This document shows, one piece after another, positions 51,962 through 64,000 of a stretch of 64,000 nt of DNA. The stretch is taken from positions 604,535 to 668,534 of the forward strand of contig NMRA01000028.1 of assembly GCA_002633005.1 (NCBI GenBank), given 5' to 3'. The notes beneath the pieces are model-generated. The model worked only from the letters and a program-made list of their open reading frames with translations, was not told the origin of the DNA and did no database searches. The first letter of the stretch is position 1. Each line of letters starts with the position of its first letter. This DNA comes from Phoronis australis. Taxonomy: Eukaryota; Animalia; Phoronida. The position numbers and the translations under genes are program-made.

Positions 51962-54900
51962 TCAATGTTTAGACTTCTTGCTACTACTGCCTCCTCCTCC
52001 CATCTCCTTCCGCTTGTGCATGATATTCTGGATCTGCTGCCATTCACGATCAAGAGCCGCCTTCTCGTCCTTAGGTCCTGTGCGTCGGGTTTTACGACCG
52101 TCTGACATCTTGACACCGTATTGGAAAGCAGCTCTGGAAAACAATGAAATATTTGTGCAAATAGTACGGACCACCAGTTGTCTTTCACAGCAGTATGTTT
52201 AGATTTATGTGAATAGATCTACTAAGTGACGGACACCTTGTTGCAACTGCAGTTACACAAAAAGCTTAAGAATGACCACATGTAAGCAATGTGTGTTCTC
52301 ATGACAATGCTCATTCTTTCCACTACAACGTAGTACACAAATAAACTTCTGTTTTCTGTGAAAGACAAAATACAAGAACACAATCGCCACCAATTTTAAC
52401 AGTTGTCACACTATCCAAAGCTGATGGTCAAAACAATCGTAACAATGAGAGTGATTTCCCCTGTTAACAAGCAGTCACAAAAGTTTGCAGTGCGATCTGT
52501 TTCCGAAGTCAGCCTCTATTGTTTCGATAAAAATTGAGAGTGATAATTACTTCTGGCCAATATTTAGACGCGTTGAAGCAGCACTAAACTCATGCTTTCT
52601 GTCAACAATAGTTTGGTTTAGTCCTCTTACCATTATGTTAAACCGATCTTGTCTTGCTCCTTAATGAATTTAGAAGAGATCTCTGAACTCAGGAACAACT
52701 AAATGTGTTATTGATTCAGACCAAGTTAATCAAATTTCAGATCGCGTCATGACCTAAAATTTTATGAACTTGTTCTGAAGAAGTAATCATCTGACAGTTC
52801 TTTGGAACCTTGAAATCATTTCTATTGACTAAGAAATTTGAGATCGCTTGTGTTACGGTCAGTGGACTAAATCAAGGCTTTTTTGACAGAAACCATCGGT
52901 TTAATGGCACAGTAACTTTAAATTGTTCAATAAAGTCGAAGCCTACACCATCTACACCATCTAGAAATAATTCATAGAAACCATCTCAGTGTCTAGCATT
53001 GATTCGTGTATATTCTCAGAGACTTAGAATTTTTGCTCAAGTGAGACTATTTATTTTTCAGACATAGCATGTATGTCTTTCAAACGTCTCAAGTCACTTG
53101 CCATGACACAGACCCCAGACAGTAACACTTAGACACCTGCATACACAATAACACTTAGACACCTGCATACACAATAACACATACTTGGGTAAAGCCTCCT
53201 TGTTGGACATATAATCACTGTACTCTTCAGCAGTTTCAAAGTCCCACCGGCCCACAGGTCCCTTCTTGTTACCCAGGTCCATCTTGGTATAATCAGCCTC
53301 CTCGTCACTGTCATCTATAGCATCAGCTGATTCCATCATACTGAAATAGAAGTCATCTTGTTAAATCATAGACAATAGCAGTGGCTGCAACTCATCACAG
53401 ACAAGATGGCTCATGTACAGGGACACACCAATGCCTCATTTTATCACATGTCAAAGTCTGGTCGAAGCTAAGATGGTCATAGGCATGTTCTTATGAAAGT
53501 GGTGTTGCACTTTTAGTAAGAGCACAACACTGCTAACAGTCAACATCCTCCTAATTCAAGTTAAGTGCACATTTTCACAAGCCACATTTAAACAAAAATT
53601 CCAGATACGATCATCCCAACCAGCGCTCAACACTAAACTTAACACAAAGTCGCATTTGGTGACCTGCCAAAAATCCCAAGTCACCAAATGAAATATGAAA
53701 ATCCCAGATTGGCCAAATGGAATCTATGAAATCAGAGCTTGTTGATCCAGCGCAGAAATCGTTGACTAAAAAAAGGAAAAAGGTCATAGTTTCTAGAGTC
53801 TTACGCGTACCTCTCCAATTTCTTCCCGTAAATGTACAATCATCCTGTAACGATAGCATACACTAGTGGCGCGCATTTCATCGATCTTACCAGATTTTTG
53901 CATAACAATTCCGACTTCAGTCTGTTTACTGCCTGTTGTAATTTAATAGCATGTTTGATGTGTGCTGCTGTGGTAGCAAATGCACTGATTTCACAAAATA
54001 AACCGAACAATTGTGAATCAAAGGTAATAAATCAAGGAAAACTGTTTAGAAGCTAACACCAACTTAGAAACGAATTTAGTTGAAATCATTGTTTGCTACT
54101 CGCAGTGGCAGGTCGCTTAACACAATCTGAGGTCGCATCGTCTATCTGCAGGTCACCAAATCGAGCACTGCCAACTAAGATCAAGAATACGGCCTTTGAT
54201 AAAACCGGTCCCTGGTGTGTAAAATGTGTATAAACTGTACAACACTAACATGGCATTATCTCACCATATCAAGTAGCCATTATTGAACATTGCAAACGAC
54301 ATCAAGTAAAGTAAGACTCGTCTTTTTATTATGTACAATTCAGTCCTGAACAACAAATTCAACTAATGAACAGGTATGTTTTGGAATGTCAAAGAACTTC
54401 CTTGGATTACTTCGATTAATAATTATCCCAGTTTTGTACACACCATGAGTGCAACAGAGGAAAGCAAAATTCTACAAATAACTGAGCAGTACATCTTGCA
54501 AATCCGAGAGTCCTCTGAACCAGCAATGACAATCTTACCCAGGGTAACATTCAGCATAACTGTCGATTTCTGTTTTGCGCTTCAGTTTCTTCATTTGTTC
54601 ATCGTCTTTCTTCTTGGGTACAGCGTCTTCCTCAGGTTGGGTCCAGCCCTGAAGTAATGACGATCAATACTACAAACAAGTCTGTTAATGTCACAAATAT
54701 GCCACTATTTATGAAGACGTGCAGTGTAGCTACTGAGCCATTTGAATTAAAACTTAGTGGTCATCGTTCATAAACAATTTCTGCTCAATTCCAGAAGTCT
54801 TCAAGTTAAATTACATCAACCCTGTAATGCTTGAAATAAGAAGAATTAGCCAATAAAAGGTATTTGAGCATCAGTACACCATAAACCATCGAAGTGAAGG

Positions 54901-57900
54901 GAGCTCCCCCTAATGTAATCGATGTTAAACAAAATTAAACTTCAACAGACTTATGTCTTCCAAAGTTCCTACAACAGACAGCTGCAGTGGGTTGACATGT
55001 AACCACTGCACAGGCTGACACAAGTCTTTTTAAGCTTTAAAAGCTTTCCTTCGGTATGAGACATAAAATATTCAAAGGTGTGCAAAAGTACCTTGGAGAA
55101 CTTTTCATTGATGGATCTGACCAGGTCCTTGGCAGACTCCTGGTGTTCAGGCTTGACATCATCCTGAGGAGAGAGGTGATCATTATCTCAACATGCCCGA
55201 CATAACACACGGCACACTCATTGAAAAATAACAAGATTGCTTTAATGTAAAACATGTCTCAGATGTGCATTTGGGTGCACGGGCCTATATCAGAAATAAC
55301 GCTTTTAAGAAAACTTTTAACGCAAGCGTATTGGTTCATGCGTCTGTTTCACTTGTGGTTTTAGGAGTCTGCCTCTTGTAATGTGCGTCTAAACTTATTT
55401 GGATATCTTTCATTCAATCTCAGTACTTTTCATTTAAAGTTAGCTTTAAATTGATATTAAATAAACATCTACCATTACGTAATGCATAAGACAAGTTCAA
55501 CTCACAATATTTCAAAAACTAGTTTCTTGGATTTTGTTTATTTAGAGTTTCTAACTATGGCCTACGAGCTTCATTCTTAACATTTTTTGCACATGAGCCT
55601 ATGAATATGTGGATATATGACATGAACACTCAACTGAAATTTGCTCACTGTTAGTCAAAACCTAATAGCTAATGCTTAATGACAACACAAAATACAAGTG
55701 TAAGACACTGAAGAATGAGAAACAATTGTCAGAGACACACACCTCATCTGCTGGTTTTTCAAAGTATGACCTCTTCTCTTTACGACCCCGGTCACCGTCC
55801 TTATCCCTGTCACGTCTGTCTCGGCCACGGTCACGGTCACGGTCCCTATCCCTAAACACAAATCAATCATCAGTAGCACACGTGACATGCACAATACTGA
55901 ATGCACAACACAGGATGCCATTTGAAAAAATCACTGCTGTAAACCTAGCAAACAAACAGTTTTTGTTGTATGTTTTTAAGTATTTTTGGCCAATTGAATA
56001 TGATTTAAACAGATCTTTTGAAGCCATAGTAATAATATGAACATATTTACAATGTCACCATAACTCTCTGTGACACCTGAACAGTAAATACTGACCATCA
56101 CACCAACTGACTACATGATGACAAAAATTAAAAAATAGAGGAAAAGTTGCAAAACACTAACTAGTGATGAATTAAAATGAAAATATGACCAACATAATAA
56201 AAACAAGAACAACGCAGAGTGCTGGAATGTGCCCACAATGGCATCGTAAACAGTGCGCTTCTAGGGGTGTTTATTTGTATCCTAAAAATGGTCATTAAAC
56301 CCATCCAAAAATGGGAAACTGTCATCAACCCATAATATTATTTGAAAAATTTTAGGAAATCCATCAAAGAACTCCAAAGATACAAAGGCAAATGTAGAAA
56401 AAAACAAACTGACATTAAGAAACACAGCAGTATTCAAATCCATCCATCTGCTGTCAAGTTAATAAGAATACAATTGCAAAATTTCAAAAACATCTTGTAA
56501 AGGGTATGGAGATACAGCCATAGATGTGCAAAAATGTCCCTAGGGGGCACCACAGTAGTTGAACCTGTTTGAAAATCCATGTCAGTATGTTCTAATCAGT
56601 AGGAACACAACGAGAATCTGCAAAGTTTGGCAGATACAGAAGCAAAACAAAATAACAGACTAAAATAGGTATACAATGGCCATTGGTAGGTGAAGAATCC
56701 GTCGCAAAAAGGAAAGATACTGTCATCTTCGTAACAGAAAGTTGTTTGCCCAATATCATGAAAAAGCACGAAAGAAACTTTTGAAATTACAGAGGTAAAA
56801 CGTAAACAATAAATTGCCACTAGGGAGCACAGCTGTAGTTGGATTGGTCTGATACTGGCCATCTCCGAAGGAAAACATCAGCTAAATTTCAGAAAGATCT
56901 TGCAAAGCATAAAGGAGATACAACCATGGATGCAAAAAAATTCCACTAGGGGGCAGAGTAGATGAGCATGTCTGAAAATCAACGTCAACCTCGGTCTTCA
57001 TATCAGGAACACAAATCGAAATTTTAATAATGATCCTTCAAATGGTTTGGTGGATGGAAAGGGTAATGTCAAAAACGTAATAAACAGTTTTTAAAATGGC
57101 CACTGAGTAGTGCAGAAAACATCAAATTCGCCCAAAAATAAGGGGGCATCGTCATCTGCTTAATAGAAACCTATATGCAAAGTTTCATGATAATAAAAGC
57201 AGCCGCTATATGTTGAATCTATTCAAAAACATTAACCTGTGTACTCTTTAATTGAAGCATATATTTTATTAAATTTCATAAAAATATGCCAAGGAGTTTC
57301 AAAGATAACAGAGGAAAACGAAAATAAAATTGCTACCAGGGGAACAGCGGCACTCAGATCCATCCAATGTCGCCTTTTTCAGTTAACTTCATATAAATAC
57401 ACTTGCTAACTTTAAAAGATCCTGCAGAGGGTTTGGGAGATACAGCCATAGATATAAAACAACTGCCTCTAGCAGACGCCACAGTAGGCCGGGCTGTCCG
57501 AAAATCGTCATCACCCGTCCTCTTCAAAGTAGAGACTCGCCAATTTTCAAAATCATCCTTAGAGTGGTTTGGTGGATTGAGGGGCGGATGCCAATAACAA
57601 ACTACAAAACAGTAAAAGCCACAAGATGGTGCAAAATACGTTGAATCCATCCAAAAGCGGAAATATGTTGCTGTTTTTTTTAATAAAAGGCTATTCACCA
57701 AATTTCATAAAAGTCCGTCAAAGAATTTCAGAGAAACATGAAAATGGAAAAAAAAAGAATTGCCACTAGGGGGCACAGCCATCGTCAGATCCGTCTGAAA
57801 GTCGTCGTAAGCTTGATATAATTACACTGGCTAAATTTAATAAAGATCCTGTAGAGGGTTTAGGAGATACAGCCTTGGGTACAAAAAGCCACTAGGAGGC

Positions 57901-60900
57901 GCCACAGTAGTCTAAGTCATCGGGAAATAATCATCTTTTGAGTGCTTTGGTTGACAGAGTGGCGGATGCAGTGAAAATGGCCACTAGGTGCCTCAAAATA
58001 CCTCAAATCCATTTGAGGACAGCGTCATCTCGCTAATAGATGCCTATCTGCCAAATTTCATGGCAATCCGAAGATACAGAGATAAACGTAAAAACTAAAA
58101 TTGACACTAGGAGGCACACCGGTAGTTGGATCCGTCCGAAAGTCATCGTCGTCAACTTCATATAAATATGCTTGCAAAAGATCCTGCAGAAGATTTAGGA
58201 GGCGCCGCACAGACGGCAGACAGACGGGGATGACGGCATAATGTGCCCACATATAAATATGTGGACACATAAAAATGACCAACTTCAAACAATAATAAAG
58301 TGAGGTGAGAAACAAACCACAGAACTAAATAATAACTCCACTTTCTATGTAGTGTAACAGTTAAAAGTTAGAGAGGCTTGTCGAATTAAGAAACCTTTAG
58401 ATTGTTGTCAGTCCTTTTTGGCATTTGTTACAGTGATGCCTGCCACATGTGTCTTCATTTTAACTGTTTTTATTGCAATACTTTTGAGGGCAGCCTCAAT
58501 GTAGCATGGCAGCCCTTCTCATGGCAGCGGTCCAGACACTCAAAGTAATATTTGTGTAACACCAATAGTCATGTAGCAGGACCAAACTTTACTGACTTGT
58601 CCCTATTGCTACCATGGTTCCTATCTCCCTCACTCTCCCTAAACGGTGACTTTACATTACTGACCTGTCCCTATTGCTACCTCGGTCCCTGTCCCGCTCT
58701 CTCTCCCTATCTCGACGGTCACGGCCACGATCCCTATCCTTGTCCTTTGACGTCTTATTATAACTGGGTGCATATACACCAGTCTCAGCATAGATACTAC
58801 AATGTAAGTCAAACAAACATCAATTCCAGCAAGCAACTCCATACAGAGAAGATGCTCAGCACTGCCACTAGATAGAGAACATTGCAAAACATTTTTGAAT
58901 AATCAATGGGTAATACAAACATTAAAATGTAAATCATGAATCAATTGAACACGACAGTAGACCATTAAAATTAATACACTTCAATTTACACATCCTACTG
59001 GCTGGGAGACACTGGGTTGCAAGTCAACGTGAATAGAATGTTTCATGTTGTTTTCATTAGTCATCGAATTCAACTGAAGGTGGCACCACAGCTTCTTTTC
59101 TGACCAACTGCCTCATGACATTATTAATTACACTAAAGGCATCAGCAGCATTCAAAGCAGCCCAGATTAGACTTACGCTTCATCATGGCCTGGCATTTTT
59201 TCCTTCACAGTATCTTCATCTTTAACTTTCACACCTGACAACATAGGTTGAACTCTTATTATTAGATACGAGGGATACTATGTGGCCAGTCTTGTTATAA
59301 TATAATAGTCAGCCATGCAAACCTGTCGTGTTATAAATATAATAGTGAGTAATGCATACCTTTGTCTTGTTATAATATAACAATGAGTAATGCATACCTT
59401 TTTCTTGTTATAATATAACAATGAGTAATGCATACCTTTGTCTCATTATAATATAACTGTGAGTAATGCATATCTTTGCCTTGTTATAAATATAACAGTG
59501 AGTAATGCATACCTTTGTCTTGTTATAACATAACAATGAGTAATGCATACCTTTGTCTTGTTATAAATATAACAGTGAGTAATGCATACATTTGTCTTGT
59601 TATAATATAACAGTCAATCATGCATACCTTTGTTTTGTTATAATTTAGACAAGCTCAATACACTAGAACCTCATGGATTAAACATAAAAACTTCTTAAAT
59701 TACATCATTAAATTTTTTCCGCAACCATGTATCACATTCATTACGCCACATCTTAAATGTCAATTGCCATATAGTGTTTGATTTTACTTTATTTATGTTT
59801 CTGTTGACGAAGTATGTTATATCCAAAAATTCCAGTTGATCCATTTATTTGTTTTATTTACCTATATATATTCTACATTTCGTGAAATAGTATCCTTGCG
59901 AGGATCTGGATCACCTTATTTAGTTTCAGATTTACTTTCTACGTTATTTGTCTTGTTATAATATAACAGTGAATAATGCATACCTTTGCCTTGATAGAAT
60001 ACAACAGTGAGTAACACATATCTTTGCCTTATTATAATATAACAGTGAGTAACGCATACCTTTGTCTTGTTATAATATAACAGTCAGCCATGCATACCTT
60101 TGTCCTTCTTTTTCTTCCTGTCCCGTCGCCCTTGCCGAAGATAGGACAGAATCTGGGTTAACTTGTTGATAACAATGTCATTGGATGTTAATGTTGTCGT
60201 TGACTGGAAGAAAGCAATTTTGTCATTCCAGTGTTGGTTGAATACTTTGAGATTAATGTATTGTAAACATCAACCATGAAATCCATTAAGATCTATGGTA
60301 AACCTTAGTATTCTCATCATAATTCACTGAAGAGGCAACATTTTGTAGCATATATTAACTGACGTAGCATGAAGTATGACAGCTAGAACTTCAGGGGAAT
60401 CACAGATTGAAAATGAAGTCAAAACAAGCACTAACAGACTGAGTATAGACAAATCACACAGCCAAAATACTTAAAGAACAAGTAAATGGCCAAAGATGCC
60501 AGCCAGAAAATGACAGCATTCACACGTAAATCTGTGCTGATAATTTAAACTAATGCTTGCAGCTTCAAGAACTTTGATTTGTTTACCTCTAGACTGGGAC
60601 AGTCCGCCTTACTCCTGATTAGTGTCGTAGGTACATCTGTCTCCACGTACTCATCTTCCAGGTCAAACACATACGCCATTCGACCCGGCAGGAACAGTTC
60701 ATTCCTCTCAAATGTCCTCGGTTTGAATAGAGTGCGAAATATGTTTCGCCCTGAAATCAAGAATAATTGAAATTCATGTTCAGTGCTAGAGGAGGTTAGA
60801 ATGTAGAGCAATTATTGGGAAAAAAGATTTGACATATGATATGTTACTTCAGACGGACGAAATGAGGGAAATGAATAATTAAGCAGAATCTGCAAAAGGA

Positions 60901-63583
60901 ATCTTCAGAATAACCGGAAGTGTCTTATCACCGCTCAAGTCCATATTATAGACAGGAATATAGAGTTTTATATAATTATGCCGTGATCATGTATTTTACA
61001 CAGTTTGGTACATTTCGGGACACATTTTCTTTAACAAAGCATAGTTTTACACATTTTATTTTTTTTTTAATTAATTTTCTGCAACATACTATGTATGTCT
61101 ACACACTGCCAAACCAATAACAAATGGAATACAGACTAGCAACAGCAGGTTAACAGTCATTAAATGTTAGTGGTTATTACCACACTCCCTGGTACTATAC
61201 CACCTCCTCCATCTACAAGTAGTTCTCAAATCACCCTTAATCAGGGCTTGGAATGACCCATGACATAAAAAGCGGAAATTTTTACGGCCCTAAACATGCG
61301 CGCACCCAGCCTTGAAAATGGGGGGGGACTCGAATTTTTGTCGATGTGTACCATAACATCAGAAGGACTAAAAAAAGGTACCACCTCCAGAAGCGTGCGT
61401 TTGCGTCTTTTTAACTCGTCCGTCCACTCCCACCTCCACACATTTTTGGCTGCAGAGTCGTAGTATTTGACACCGCGATTTACAATCTCACGAGACCCCA
61501 TTGAAGAAAACCACGCTATCCAAGGTGCCCAGTAACGATGACAATTTACGTTCCTCCGAAACATAAAGAGCAACTTCCGCTTTTTGAGGTGAAAGTAGTC
61601 GGCAACGCTGCGGTAATAAAGAAATTCGCCGCATATTTTATATCAAATCCGATTTTTTTTTACGCGGAATTATAATAAAATACGCGGACAGAACATTTAA
61701 CAAAAGCGGAAATCTTGAGTTTCCGTGGAAAATTCCAAGCCCTGCTTAATCTTAACAGACATTAGAAGAATGAATCAACATCTCACCAAGTTTGGTTGAG
61801 AAGTGCATGCCTTCCTCAGGGTTCTTCTCTTCTCTACAATAACATCACATGAATCAGCATTAATACATCTGGCGGTGTTTTACATTACAATCAAATGCCC
61901 TGACCAATCATCGCCACAGATGATCACTATTAAATTAGATTCTAAACATCCTATGTCCAGGCAGCACGTCTCTACTCTGGCAGTTTAAATCAAAAAGCAC
62001 AAGTGGACTGATATGGTTATGAAGTACAACTACGTTGTGACATATCATGCGCATGTGATATTTCATTTTATTTTACAAGACAGTCTGTTTTATGAGCCCG
62101 GAACGAAAACGGTGACGCCAACAGACATAGGAACTACACTTAAGTATCCGAGAAAATAGGCATAGGTGTCAATTACTGATACAAATTGCACAAATTATTT
62201 TCAGGCAGTGAAGTTGTTCTAATGATTCCATAACTAAATCAATATTGAATAATTGTCAAGCAGCAGGGCGAGACCACATTTCTGTCTTAGGTCTCAAGTC
62301 AATTTTCAAAAAACAGACTCCAGAACTTCGCTCTACAGTCAATGACTTGAAAAAAAAACATCACCAGTGATATCTCGTCCCAAACATACAGGCAATTCAC
62401 TTTACTAAAGACAGTTTACGGGCAGTTACGTAAGATATGTAGTGGAGCCCACTCACTTAGTGTTAGAGACTGCTTCCTCCAACAAACTGTCTTCTTCCAG
62501 TTCCTTAGTGCTGATCTCAGCTCTCACCTGTAAAACATTGTTGACTTCTTTAAATAACATTCATATCCACCACTCACAGTTTGGCTCCCAATAACAAAGA
62601 AGCACAACAGTTTGAAAGCATACATCATCACTCATTGGAACTGCTAATCCCATGAACAATCATTTTTGATAATGTCCTAGAGACTTGGAGGAAGACTTGT
62701 AATGAGGCCAGTAAGCCATTGTAAACAGTTGGAATTTTGCAACATGAACTTAACATGAACTACACTGCTTTCAATTTAAACTCGCATTATTGACACATCC
62801 ACAATATCATGATCTAGGCTCATGTATACAATGACATCACTTCTGTTAATTCAATTCAATACTTGACATGCCTGTATGTGGTACAAAGTGTGCTAACTCA
62901 GCCACCAATACCATCACAGTCTCCAACAGGGACATCAATCCTGTTGGGACTTTGCAACATGAATCTAACATGAGGTGCGCTGCATTCAAATTAAACATCC
63001 TGAATAAAGTACTCTAGGCTTCTATACATACCAATATGTCATCATCACTCATGTTTATTAATTTCAAGACTTGACAAATCCACATACTGTACGTAACGTG
63101 TTATCAAAGCTACCAATACCCTCATCCTCTCCTACACAGACAGTGGCAGATCTGTTTTTAGGAAGCTGAAGGTTTTAGGATTCGCACAAATCCAAGGCAC
63201 ATAGCACTGAGTGGGGGGAGGTCGGGAGGGGGTTTCCTCCTTCCCGTGTAAGATTTTTTTTTGTTTTTGTAGCTGTTTTCATTTTCCTAGTGACGTTTTT
63301 TTAATTTTTATTTTTGATCCTGTCCCTGGGTGGAGGGATTAAACCCCTTAAACTCCCACCCCAAATAAATCCGCCTCTGACGGGACATCACCCCTGTTTA
63401 TTCATTCCAAGATTTGACACATCCATAGATTGTACAAAGTTTACTAGTACAGCCATCAGTACCCTCACCTTCTCCAACAGGGCATAGTCCAGCCCCTTCA
63501 CCAAGTGGGTGTGTTCCATGTCTCCACCCAAGTATTTGGACTCTTGAATCAGCTGTTTACGCCGCTCCGCATAGTTCTCACCA
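51962..63583 (-). CDS. IK: Protein Red / IK (spliceosome B-complex, SMU1 partner); 5' end lies outside the window
   Basis: Minus-strand exons 63583-63469 (ESKYLGGDMEHTHLVKGLDYALLEK), 62527-62457 (VRAEI), 61833-61787, 60750-60587 (ERNELFLPGRMAYVFDL..DVPTTLIRSKADCP), 60203-60098 (NDIVINKLTQILSYLRQG), 59234-59177, 58796-58665 and 55851-55743 (RD/RE repeats), 55163-55092, 54648-54539 (SYAECYPG), 53340-53185 (DDSDEEADYTKMDLGNKKGPVGRWDF), 52133-51962 (AAFQYGVKMSDGRKTRR). All phases are consistent. Confidence 0.97.
52575..52920. mobile_element. Decayed palindromic MITE
   Basis: ttctgtcaacaatagtttggtttagtcc and ggactaaatcaaggctttttgacagaa are imperfect inverted arms. Confidence 0.45.
53621..54170. 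mobile_element. hAT-like non-autonomous element with a 5-bp TSD
   Basis: CCAAC-CAGCGCTCAA...TCGAGCACTG-CCAAC; subterminal inverted tttggtgacctgc / gcaggtcaccaaa. Confidence 0.65.
56203..58274 (-). mobile_element. Second HINE-like element of the same family, inverted, in an IK intron
   Basis: acaagaacaacgcagagtgctggaatgtgcccac (56203) and aatgtgcccacatataaatatgtggacacataaaa (~58240-58274) are the reverse-complement 3' and 5' ends; same internal units. Confidence 0.75.
59290..60105 (-). repeat. 38-39-bp minisatellite spanning an IK splice donor, interrupted at ~59646-59945
   Basis: Minus-strand unit GACAAAG|GTATGCATTACTCACTGTTATATTATAACAA, ~13 copies; the real donor is at 60098/97. Confidence 0.92.
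61242..61744 (-). mobile_element. hAT-like element of the same family, 6-bp TSD CTTAAT
   Basis: CTTAAT-CAGGGCTTGGAAT...ATTCCAAGCCCTG-CTTAAT. Confidence 0.8.
62725..63485 (-). repeat. Diverged ~215-bp tandem repeat that includes an IK exon end and donor
   Basis: cagccatcagtaccctcac|cttctccaacaggg (real junction 63468/69) recurs as cagccaccaataccatcacagtctccaacaggg (~62899) and aagctaccaataccctcatcctctcctacacag (~63107). Confidence 0.7.
63141..63379. mobile_element. Small CAG-terminated MITE-like insertion
   Basis: CAGTGGCAGAT...ATCCGCCTCTG; interrupts the ~215-bp tandem repeat; TSD not evident. Confidence 0.4.
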
Positions 63584-64000
63584 CTGAAAACAAAAAACAA
63601 CTTGCAATGTCCCACAATGCAGTGCAGCTAATGCATCTGTCAAAACTGTAAAACCTTTAGAAATGAATGACAAATTCATAAGCCAGTTACCATTCAATTT
63701 CAAGTTTATGACCACTCAAAAATCTGTAGAGAAAAGTTTGTGAGAAATGCAAACTACCAGAGTGCGTCAAGCAGGGATTGTAGCACCATGTCACAGCTTG
63801 GCGTGCTTCACATTGCACATACATCAATGCATGTCTAAAAATGTATCATTAAACTACACTCTGGCTTTAAGATGAATCACTACTTTTGCTTCTAAACCGC
63901 CTTATCACTATTGTTACTTGAGCCTGGTCTGCTGGACTGTATTTACCTAATTCCCATATGCTTAGAGATGTCTCGCTTCCTTCAATGACATCTCCAAGCA

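Overview
AT-rich, intron-dense animal genomic DNA, probably a marine invertebrate such as a lophotrochozoan; it is not prokaryotic. Three spliced genes can be rebuilt exon by exon with consistent GT-AG boundaries and phases: (1) an Asef/collybistin-family SH3-DH-PH RhoGEF (+, 3243-24491); (2) chromokinesin KIF4 (+, 31136-50437), with a CCAAT/CDE-CHR-like promoter near 28600; (3) the spliceosomal protein Red/IK (-, 5'-truncated, 63583-51962), convergent with KIF4. Five KIF4 exons occur twice between single-N joins, most likely two haplotypes assembled in tandem that differ by a Harbinger MITE. Introns hold many non-autonomous DNA transposons with 3-, 4-, 5-, 6- and ~9-bp TSDs, plus two Helentron-type (HINE) elements whose ~145-bp satellite units each carry a CTCF-like motif. 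The most striking pattern is that tandem duplications and minisatellites sit on splice junctions: at least seven junctions in KIF4 and IK have their own exon-intron boundary copied 2 to ~13 times into the intron. The KIF4 motor also lacks almost all of loop L5. All analyses were done by eye; no database searches were run.
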